This document shows positions 1 to 8,052 of a stretch of 31,317 nt of DNA, one piece after another. This DNA is from Candidatus Hermodarchaeota archaeon (lineage in GTDB: Archaea; Asgardarchaeota; Lokiarchaeia; Sigyniarchaeales; SOKP01). The notes beneath the pieces are model-generated. The model worked only from the letters and a program-made list of their open reading frames with translations. It had not been told where the DNA came from and did not search any database. How positions within the stretch are numbered: the first letter of the stretch is position 1; every line of letters starts with the position of its first letter. The translations under genes were made by a program, and so were the position numbers. Location of the stretch: contig JBHLLG010000032.1 in assembly GCA_048885925.1 (NCBI GenBank), positions 1 through 31,317 on the forward strand, given 5' to 3'.

Positions 1-241
1 TAAAATTTGTTATGTCATAATCTTCGTTTTTAGGACCCGTTACTCTTTTTATACTTTCAATCCATGAATAATGATGATATTTATTTACTCTTGAACTTAG
101 GTCGCCAAAAAAAGAAGATTCTATAACGGGATAATTTTTAAAGACACTTTTTAATGATAAAACTCGTATCTTTGTTAATTCACCTGTTTTAAGATTATCC
201 CATGCATCAGTTAATGTATAGACTGTAAAAAATTCAGCCAT
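1..241 (-). CDS. hypothetical protein, partial (5' end only; runs off the window start)
   Basis: Manually translated open frame from ATG at 241: MAEFFTVYTLTDAWDNLKTGELTKIRVLSLKSVFKNYPVIESSFFGDLSSRVNKYHHYSWIESIKRVTGPKNEDYDITNF. There are 80 codons with no stop in AT-rich DNA. Not in the ORF track. Confidence 0.65.
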   Translation of the reverse strand, partial: MAEFFTVYTLTDAWDNLKTGELTKIRVLSLKSVFKNYPVIESSFFGDLSSRVNKYHHYSWIESIKRVTGPKNEDYDITNF

Positions 242-327
242 ATAATACCAATAGAGCCAATTAATAAAAATGCATTTATAATTTTAATTAACAATATTTA
301 AAATTGAGGTTCAACATTTTAATTTGT

Positions 328-1479
328 ATGAATACAATTTGGGATATTAAAGCTGATGCTGTGGAAAAAGGAGATAATTTAAGAGAAGTTTCTCCTTTAT
401 ATGATAAAACTGTAGTAGATGAAAATGGCTTTACTCACTATATATTCAGTAAGTTGATGTTTAATAATCCCTGGTATAATATGCCGAATGATGACTTGGA
501 ATTGTTTAAGAAGTTTTTAGATGGGGGGTCAAGAGCATATCCTTCTGATGGGAAAATTCCTTGTGATATTGTAGCAGGAGAAGCGAGGAAAGTTTTAAAT
601 CATATTGTCATATGTTCAGAAGATTCAAATAATCCTTTCTGTGTCAATGCTAAAAAAGCCTTAAAAAGCGGAACCAAAGAAATGATACGAGGTACTTTGA
701 AACTATATTTGGGGAAATATACAACTAGAGATTGGAGAAGAAAACGTTTTACTGATGATATTGATTTTTGGTGTTTTGAAATTGGAGTTTTAGATCATGC
801 TTTAAAAGAATGTGGATGGATAAAGAATAAAGATACTGGTGAGTATGAGAAACAAGTACAATGGACTAATCCCGATACAGGTGAGATAAGATATGAGGCA
901 CTTTGCGCTGCAAATAATTTAAATCAATTACTTGATTTTGGAGCAGGAAGTTATTTAGAAGGAACAAAACTTAGAGATATTTTTAATAAAAAGATAAAAA
1001 GAGGACATGATGTTGATCTCAGTGATATAATGAATGTAGCTTTATACAACGATGGTCTAATTAATAGTCATAAGGAAGAAATAAATGGAGCATGGATTTC
1101 TTTCGAAGCTGCAACTAATACTAGAAATTCTAGAACTACCTCAAATTTAATTACTTTATGTCGATATTCATTGGGTACAGCTGATTATTTAGAAAGAGTG
1201 AGTAATGTTATTAATAAGTACCATGAAAAAATCTTCGATATAAATGAGTATCCAAACGAAAGGATAGAAAAAGTTTGCAGAATCTCTGTTCATTGGATGA
1301 ATTATTTAAAGAAAAACGGTTTTGATGATACTAGAAAGATGATATACGAGTTTTTAATAGAACAGATTGATGAAAAGCAGGTTCAGGCAAACAATCTTAG
1401 GAAATTTGTTGATCGTGTTTTGAAATTATTAAATTCGAAATATGAATATCTTAAGATTATATTTGAAATTGACCATTAA
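328..1479 (+). CDS. putative Pol-beta superfamily nucleotidyltransferase (AbiEii/DUF1814-like motifs)
   Basis: Long ORF (track TTG start at 304, likely ATG at 328). Motifs MIRGTLKLYL...RKRFTDDIDFW (hG[T/S]...R.T.DxD) and KKIKRGHDVDLSDI (K..R..D..D). Confidence 0.5.
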   Translation: MNTIWDIKADAVEKGDNLREVSPLYDKTVVDENGFTHYIFSKLMFNNPWYNMPNDDLELFKKFLDGGSRAYPSDGKIPCDIVAGEARKVLNHIVICSEDSNNPFCVNAKKALKSGTKEMIRGTLKLYLGKYTTRDWRRKRFTDDIDFWCFEIGVLDHALKECGWIKNKDTGEYEKQVQWTNPDTGEIRYEALCAANNLNQLLDFGAGSYLEGTKLRDIFNKKIKRGHDVDLSDIMNVALYNDGLINSHKEEINGAWISFEAATNTRNSRTTSNLITLCRYSLGTADYLERVSNVINKYHEKIFDINEYPNERIEKVCRISVHWMNYLKKNGFDDTRKMIYEFLIEQIDEKQVQANNLRKFVDRVLKLLNSKYEYLKIIFEIDH

Positions 1480-1561
1480 TTGTAATATTAAAATCGCATT
1501 TTAATTTATCTTCATAATTTATAGGAAAAATATTTAAAAATAGATAAAGACAAATTTCTGT

Positions 1562-1858
1562 ATGACAAAATTTAAGATAATCACTAAAAAAGATTGTTTT
1601 TTTTGTAATAAACTTAAGGATTGGTTATCAGATAAAGATGTAGATCATATTATATTAGATTATCAAGATCCCAAAGATTTTGATGATCCTATTATGGAAA
1701 ATGAGACATTTAATGCATTATATTGTGATATGAGTGCATGTGTTGAAGGAGTACCCATAATCGTGAAAGATGATAAAGAATTTTATTATGCGGAGATTTG
1801 GGATTTGGTTCAAAATAAAATAATAGAAAAAAAGGCTAGAGAGATTTTTGAGATTTAA
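1562..1858 (+). CDS. glutaredoxin-like thioredoxin-fold protein
   Basis: N-terminal beta strand followed by CFFC (CxxC); cis-Pro loop GVPII; 98 aa. Confidence 0.8.
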   Translation: MTKFKIITKKDCFFCNKLKDWLSDKDVDHIILDYQDPKDFDDPIMENETFNALYCDMSACVEGVPIIVKDDKEFYYAEIWDLVQNKIIEKKAREIFEI

Positions 1859-1903
1859 CTAATCCATATTTTATTCTAATATAATACTTAAATCTATATA
1901 ATA

Positions 1904-1929
1904 AATCGTGAAAGATGCGTTTCACGATT
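1904..1929. terminator. hairpin between convergent genes (possible bidirectional terminator or RNA-stability element)
   Basis: Perfect 10-bp inverted repeat AATCGTGAAA-gatgcg-TTTCACGATT, followed by a T-rich tract on the + strand. Confidence 0.45.
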
Positions 1930-1975
1930 ATTATTTTTGTAGATTTATTTACTAATAAAAAATTATTTAAATTGC

Positions 1976-3244
1976 TCATTCAAGTGAAGGAATTGTATAT
2001 TCAATGATTTCTTCTTTTTCAGGTTTTTTTTCTTTTACAAAACGTTCCTTAGTTGTCCCATGGAGTAACCAAAATCCTAACATTGATAATAAAGATAGTA
2101 TCCCAGCGAAATACCACACCCAATTCGCTCCAAGACGTTCCATAATTAATCCAGCGGCTAAAACTCCAAATAGATTTGGAATATTCCATTGGAACGCAAA
2201 CACGGCCATATATCGCCCTCGCTTATCTTCAGGAGCAAAAGATGCAGCTGTACTTTGTCCAATAGGGAATACAATCATTTCTCCGACTGTGATAATAATC
2301 ATAGCTATAAAAAACAGGTATACATCAGAAATAAAACCATACATACCAAAACCGATCATAAGAAAAATGGTTCCGAAAGCCATTATCTTCATGGGTGCAT
2401 ATTTTGAAATCTTCCTAGTTATCCAGAATTGAAATAATACCACCATAGCGGCATTCATACTTAACAACAAACCAAACGCTTGTGCTGGAAACCCATGAAC
2501 ATCCCGTAGGAAAACTGATAGAGTACTATTCATTTGCATATATACTAAAACTGTTATAGCAGCCACAGATACAAATAACATATATTTCCAATCTTTTATT
2601 ACTTCTTTATATCCAATAATAGTTTTCATTACGGTTTCATCTCGATTTATATCTAACTTTTGAGGAATAGTTTCTGGAATAACAAGATACACAATAACAG
2701 CAGTAATTAAGCTACTTACAGCATCAGCAATAAATAATAACAAAAAGGATTGAGTCGCTACAAGTCCACCAAGAATTGGACCAATCACTGCTGAAAGATT
2801 AAAAGCTACTCGTAATATCCCAAATCCTTCTGCTTGTTTCTCCTTTGGGAGTAAATCTGCTACCATTGCTTGTCGAGCAGGACGTCCAAAATTTCCTATC
2901 AGACCTAAAAAACCAGCTAATATATAAAAAGTATTCAAATTATTAACTAATCCCATAAAGATACTTCCTATTCCACTTACAATTAAACCAATTAAGATCA
3001 TCGCACGACGACCATATTTATCAGCTAAGGCTCCTCCAATCACTACACCAAACATATTCCCTATTGCTAAGATCGAGAAAAGGATCCCTACTTCGATCAT
3101 CCCTACTCCAAAATGTTCGGTTATATATAAAGCGTAAAAAGGATATAATAAGAAACTTCCTAACATATCAATGAAAGTGGCGAGGGTTAGCACTTTAAAT
3201 GCATTCGGATATTCCTTATATATATTTTTAGCTTTAGTGAACAT
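1976..3244 (-). CDS. MFS transporter (MdtH/YttB-like multidrug-type)
   Basis: About 12 hydrophobic segments; MFS motif A GGALADKYGRR; C-terminal half APEDKRGRYMA. Confidence 0.9.
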   Translation of the reverse strand: MFTKAKNIYKEYPNAFKVLTLATFIDMLGSFLLYPFYALYITEHFGVGMIEVGILFSILAIGNMFGVVIGGALADKYGRRAMILIGLIVSGIGSIFMGLVNNLNTFYILAGFLGLIGNFGRPARQAMVADLLPKEKQAEGFGILRVAFNLSAVIGPILGGLVATQSFLLLFIADAVSSLITAVIVYLVIPETIPQKLDINRDETVMKTIIGYKEVIKDWKYMLFVSVAAITVLVYMQMNSTLSVFLRDVHGFPAQAFGLLLSMNAAMVVLFQFWITRKISKYAPMKIMAFGTIFLMIGFGMYGFISDVYLFFIAMIIITVGEMIVFPIGQSTAASFAPEDKRGRYMAVFAFQWNIPNLFGVLAAGLIMERLGANWVWYFAGILSLLSMLGFWLLHGTTKERFVKEKKPEKEEIIEYTIPSLE

Positions 3245-3471
3245 AGTTAAATTAATTCTAAGGATATAATAATTATAATAAATACTCTATAAATTCGCTA
3301 TAGACTGCGTAAGAAAATGAAATTTAAATATTTATAGTTTAAAATGTTGAACTATAATGGAACTTTGAATTAAAGAAAAAAAAGTAAACTAATAATATTA
3401 GATCAAATCTTTATTTTTAGTAAACCTATCTTTATTTACTCATAATATAAATCTTTTAGGGAAAATTGAAA

Positions 3472-4716
3472 ATGTACGATTATTTAATAAGCGAAGAGAA
3501 TAAAAAGTTTAGAGATGAAGTAAGACACCTTGTAAAAGATTCTGTTCAACCCTCACTTCTAAAGCAAATGGATAGGGATGAAATTCAATATCCTAGCGAA
3601 TGGCTGCATGCATTAGCAAAACATAATCTCATCGGAATACGGTTTTCCAAGGAATTTGGTGGAAGAGGACTAAATTGGGAGAGTGAAGTCATTGCCCAAG
3701 AAGAGGTGGGTGTGTTGGGGAGCTCTCTTGCTTGTTTATTCTCCTTACCTAGTATATGTGGTGAAGCCTTGAATATTTTTGGGACGGAAGTACAGAAACA
3801 AGAATATCTCAGACCGATGTGTGAGGGAAAAAAATTCACTGCTGAAGCGCTAACCGAACCAAGAGGAGGGTCAGACTTCTTTGGTGCAACTTGTACTGCT
3901 GTTAAAGAAGAAGATTACTATATTTTGAATGGGGAGAAACGCTTTGTTGTAGGTGCTGAAGGCGCTGATTTCTTTTTAGTCTATGCGAAAACTAATTTAG
4001 AAGCAAATGCAGATCCTCATAAAGCTTTAAGTTTATTCATAGTGGACAGAACTGAAGGTGTTAGTACAGAATATATTTATGGTATACTTGGAACCAGAGG
4101 TGGTGGTGCTGGTAGAATTAAATTTGATAACGTTACAGTACCAAAGGAAAATGTTATTTTGGAGGAAGGTGCTGGTGGAAAAATATTTTATCAAATGATG
4201 GTTCCAGAGCGATTAACTACTGCTTCGGGTTTCATAGGTCTTGCTCGCGCTTGTTTAAGAATTGCTACAAAATATAGTGCCAAAAGAAAAGCTTTTGGAC
4301 AAGTTATCAGGAATTTTCAAGGAGTTAGTTTTTTAGTTGCAGATAGCATAACTTTATTAGATGCAGCTCGAGCTATAGTGTATAATACTGCTAAAAGTAT
4401 TGATGCTGGGGCACCTCCAGCACTTCAAAGAAGACTTGTTTCTGAATCAAAAAAATTTTCAACTAAAGCTTGTTGGAAAGTAATTAATAATGCAATGCAA
4501 ATTATGGGAGGAATAGGGTATACAACTGTTTATCCAATCGAAAGGCTATTGCGAGATGCTCGAATAGGCGAAATTTGGACGGGAACAACAGAAATAATGA
4601 ACTTAATAATCCAGCATGAATATTACAAGGAAATTTTAAGTGAGAAATGGCTTGGTCGGGATGTGGAGAAAGATGCCTTAGATGGAGATCAAGAGGAAGA
4701 GAAAAATTATGGATAA
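3472..4716 (+). CDS. acyl-CoA dehydrogenase
   Basis: [41 protein letters not shown] and [19 protein letters not shown] motifs. Start is TTG at 3466 or ATG at 3472. Confidence 0.93.
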   Translation: MYDYLISEENKKFRDEVRHLVKDSVQPSLLKQMDRDEIQYPSEWLHALAKHNLIGIRFSKEFGGRGLNWESEVIAQEEVGVLGSSLACLFSLPSICGEALNIFGTEVQKQEYLRPMCEGKKFTAEALTEPRGGSDFFGATCTAVKEEDYYILNGEKRFVVGAEGADFFLVYAKTNLEANADPHKALSLFIVDRTEGVSTEYIYGILGTRGGGAGRIKFDNVTVPKENVILEEGAGGKIFYQMMVPERLTTASGFIGLARACLRIATKYSAKRKAFGQVIRNFQGVSFLVADSITLLDAARAIVYNTAKSIDAGAPPALQRRLVSESKKFSTKACWKVINNAMQIMGGIGYTTVYPIERLLRDARIGEIWTGTTEIMNLIIQHEYYKEILSEKWLGRDVEKDALDGDQEEEKNYG

Positions 4717-4864
4717 AAACTTAACCTCTTTATCTAACTTTTTCAAAAATATCTCATTTAGAGTTATGAATCAATTATTATTATTTTTTTTTGATTTTGC
4801 ATATTATTTTAATAAGCAATGTACAAAATAAATTGTTAAGAATTTTTTTTACAAATTTCAAATT

Positions 4865-5896
4865 TTATAGATTAGTTTTTAGTAGTTTAAGACTATTATA
4901 ATTGAGATAAATAAACTCTATGTTATTAATTTTTTTCCTTTCTAACAGACTAAAATTATCCATTTTATTTATGTATTTAGAGACTGTGTTAAAATGCATA
5001 TTAAGAGCCTTAGAAATCTGATTCTTTGTACTGCCTTCTTCCTTTTTCTTTAAAAAGTTGATAATTCTTATACATTTATCTCTTGAAATGGTATGAAGAA
5101 GTAAATCATTTTCTTGCCTTAATGACGAATCAAAATATGAAGTATAAATACTCAATTTTTGTTGTCTGACTAAATTAAACTTAATCAGCATTGAAGCATG
5201 CCAATTTATCAAGTAAGTACTAAAACCCAATTTTCTTGCGATTTTATTTCTATGAACTCCTGGATTTTCTTTAATAAAATCATATATCTGTTTTCTGTTT
5301 GAATTTAGAAATATTTCATTTCTTGTCAGTGTTGATCCTTCCACAATGAGATACTTTTCTATTAGTGAATTTATCACTGCCTTTATTCCATTATGATTTA
5401 AACTACCATTAGTTTTATTATATCTTGATTTAACATATTCAATAGCTTTATCTTTGCTAAAAATCCTATTTGGTTTTAGAAATTCTCGGATTAATATAAA
5501 AATGTTTATCTCTTCTCCATTTATTTTGACACCCTCGATTTCTATGGATGGATCATCTTTAATTTTGTCACTCCTCGAAAGATTAGAATAAAATAGAGGG
5601 ATAATGAAAGAGAGGGGTGCTCCAATAGAAAATGCTGTTGTAATAATGGAGTTATTATCAATGGGGAGGAGTTCACATATGGTATTAAACCTATATATTT
5701 CAATTGATCTATCATATATTATTTCATAAGAATTAGTTATGATTAAATCATTATTGGTTTGTATTTGATCTATTGTCAGAGCTTCATCTCTGAACCTTAG
5801 CCTATCCATTTTAAAATAGAGTAAATAAGAAAAAAGTGAAGTTAAAATCCCTATAAAAATTAAAAGGATAATAAATAATATTTTGCTTTTCTTCAT
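4865..5896 (-). CDS. membrane-anchored winged helix-turn-helix transcriptional regulator (tandem ArsR-like wHTH)
   Basis: N-terminal TM helix and a second hydrophobic segment. C-terminal NRKQIYDFIKENPGVHRNKIARKLG...WHASML and IINFLKKKEEGSTKNQISKALNMHFNTVSKYINKM are wHTH patterns. Confidence 0.72.
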   Translation of the reverse strand: MKKSKILFIILLIFIGILTSLFSYLLYFKMDRLRFRDEALTIDQIQTNNDLIITNSYEIIYDRSIEIYRFNTICELLPIDNNSIITTAFSIGAPLSFIIPLFYSNLSRSDKIKDDPSIEIEGVKINGEEINIFILIREFLKPNRIFSKDKAIEYVKSRYNKTNGSLNHNGIKAVINSLIEKYLIVEGSTLTRNEIFLNSNRKQIYDFIKENPGVHRNKIARKLGFSTYLINWHASMLIKFNLVRQQKLSIYTSYFDSSLRQENDLLLHTISRDKCIRIINFLKKKEEGSTKNQISKALNMHFNTVSKYINKMDNFSLLERKKINNIEFIYLNYNSLKLLKTNL

Positions 5897-6060
5897 TTGA
5901 ATAAGTTTTAACTTGGATTAAATGAATAATAGGTTTTAATTGAAAATATCCAATTTAGTATTATAAACTTTATTGGTTCATTATTCACTTTTTTGATTGA
6001 TGGTTTTAAATTGATGATTATATTTTCATTCTATATTAGTAATTTAAGATTATCTAAAAT

Positions 6061-7353
6061 ATGGCAAATCACTTTCTGAAAAAAATTTTCATTAAAAGTA
6101 AAAACAAAGTTGTTTTGAAACAAATTATTAGCATAGTCTTTTTCATTTCTTCTGGGTTTTTACCTTATAAAATTAATATTCATTTTAATACTTATGAAAT
6201 TGGATTTAATTTGATTTCATTCTATTTAATATTAGTAACGATTCTATTTTCATTTTCTATTGTTTTTGTTTATTTTGAAATTTATTTGAATGCAATTTTG
6301 ATTAGTTTTATTGGATGTTCAATAGCTGGAGTAAGATTAATAATGGATTTAGCCCCAATTTCGTCTCCTGAGTATTTAGGTATTGGATTTTATTTCGCTT
6401 ATTTCTCATGGTTATGTTTTTGTATTATTAGCATATTTTTAGTTAAGCCTAGAATCAAATTACCACAGAGTAATCTCTATAAGACACTTAACGAAGATGA
6501 GATAAAAAATTTAACAGAATTAAAAAGATTATATTTATTTTCTTTAGTAGTATTTTATATCTTAACTTCTTTTCCTTTTGTGTTTGGATATTCATTTGGT
6601 GCATTTATTTACGAAACTGGATTTTATCTTTTTATTATAATAGGAGGAGGATGGATTGGGTTTGCATTGTTAGTGATTAGTTATATTTACCTTTACATCT
6701 TTCACATTCAGAAATCTGTAATAATTGGAATAATAGGAAATTTTATTATAGGTATTACCCTAATCGGGATATTTTTATCAGCAGAATTATCAAAAGGGTT
6801 ATTAACTACCGCTTATTTAATGAGTATTATGTTTTGGATGATAATTTTTTATATAAATATTGCTCAATTAATCTTTTTAATCCGTAAATATGGATCTCCG
6901 AAAAGAGATTTAATAAAATTAAACTGGAATAAATCAGAAGTTAATCTACTAAAGTGGATTAATGTCTTTTATCTGATTTGCGCAATTGGATTCATCATCA
7001 CAACTTTATTTCCATATTCACCATATTCACCAGCTTATGATTTGTCTAAAATCGGACTTTATTATTTATGGATGGGAGGATGGCAAGGGTTTTTTCTGAT
7101 TAATCTTTCAATAATTTTCTTATATTTCTTGCAAATACGTACTGTGTATATTTTAGGATTATTTGGTTCAATTCTATTAGGGATTAACTTTATAATTTTA
7201 CTTAATCTTATTTTTGTTGATGACCAACAAATATTTTTTATTAATTTTTATATATCAGTAAGTTTATTGACTATATTATTTTTAACAAACATTTTACTAC
7301 TTCTTTTTCATATTAAATATAAAGGATTTTTCAGAATAGCAAAACATTATTAA
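6061..7353 (+). CDS. polytopic membrane protein of unknown function with internal repeats
   Basis: About 12 hydrophobic segments; repeated GG(G)WxGF...G(I/L)(I/F)G units. Confidence 0.7.
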   Translation: MANHFLKKIFIKSKNKVVLKQIISIVFFISSGFLPYKINIHFNTYEIGFNLISFYLILVTILFSFSIVFVYFEIYLNAILISFIGCSIAGVRLIMDLAPISSPEYLGIGFYFAYFSWLCFCIISIFLVKPRIKLPQSNLYKTLNEDEIKNLTELKRLYLFSLVVFYILTSFPFVFGYSFGAFIYETGFYLFIIIGGGWIGFALLVISYIYLYIFHIQKSVIIGIIGNFIIGITLIGIFLSAELSKGLLTTAYLMSIMFWMIIFYINIAQLIFLIRKYGSPKRDLIKLNWNKSEVNLLKWINVFYLICAIGFIITTLFPYSPYSPAYDLSKIGLYYLWMGGWQGFFLINLSIIFLYFLQIRTVYILGLFGSILLGINFIILLNLIFVDDQQIFFINFYISVSLLTILFLTNILLLLFHIKYKGFFRIAKHY

Positions 7354-7396
7354 ATAATAATTTTGCATCAATTAAAATTAAATTCATAGTAAAAAA

Positions 7397-7975
7397 ATGA
7401 AAAAAGCAGAAAAAAAAACTACATATCGGAAAATTTCATGGATTTTCTTTTTTATAATATTATTTAGCAGCGTTAGTATATGCCTATTATTTATACCTTA
7501 TTCAGAAACTGAAGTTATTTCGGAAGGTGGAATTCTTGCTACAAAATATAACCTTTCTAGCGATAATTCATATGCTATATTTCCCATTGATTTTCCATGG
7601 AGATCAAACTCTCAAATAATTTTTCTAAACATAACTGTTACTGAGGGAAATATTTCTCTTCAGATAACCGATACAATTGCAATAGGAAATTTTCTTTCAG
7701 GTCAACCTTACGTCTCTTACTGGGAAATCATTAATACTACAGGCTTTACTATGGATATTCAAATATCTCCATCTGTTTATGGTCCTAGATATATTTTAAT
7801 TTATGCTGAAACCAATACTTGGTTCACTATAGATTTAAAAATAAGTTATCTTAACTATGCTTCAACTTATGGATTCTTTTTTCTTGGTGTTGCTGTTATA
7901 TTAATTTTTTATTATATATATCACAGAAATATATGGAAAATTCATAGTGAAGTAGAGGAGAAAAAGATGCTATAG
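7397..7975 (+). CDS. hypothetical membrane protein (two TM helices flanking a beta-rich extracellular domain)
   Basis: Hydrophobic N- and C-terminal segments; central beta-strand-like region with NxS/T sequons (NLS, NIT, NIS, NTT). Confidence 0.7.
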   Translation: MKKAEKKTTYRKISWIFFFIILFSSVSICLLFIPYSETEVISEGGILATKYNLSSDNSYAIFPIDFPWRSNSQIIFLNITVTEGNISLQITDTIAIGNFLSGQPYVSYWEIINTTGFTMDIQISPSVYGPRYILIYAETNTWFTIDLKISYLNYASTYGFFFLGVAVILIFYYIYHRNIWKIHSEVEEKKML

Positions 7976-8052
7976 ATAATATGCCAGAAAAAAAAACTTT
8001 GGTAAAAATAATTAAAAAATAAAAAAATATTTTAAATTGTATATTTTTTCTG

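Noticed and set aside
1562-1940. Possible selenoprotein with the downstream hairpin acting as a SECIS
   Set aside because: The glutaredoxin has no in-frame TGA and ends in TAA. The hairpin is a short, fully paired stem without a convincing kink-turn GA/GA core. I found no in-frame TGA readthrough candidate in the window.
2004-2432. Antisense ORFs 2004-2432 and 2189-2407 (+)
   Set aside because: They lie entirely within the well-supported MFS gene on the opposite strand and have no motifs; shadow ORFs.
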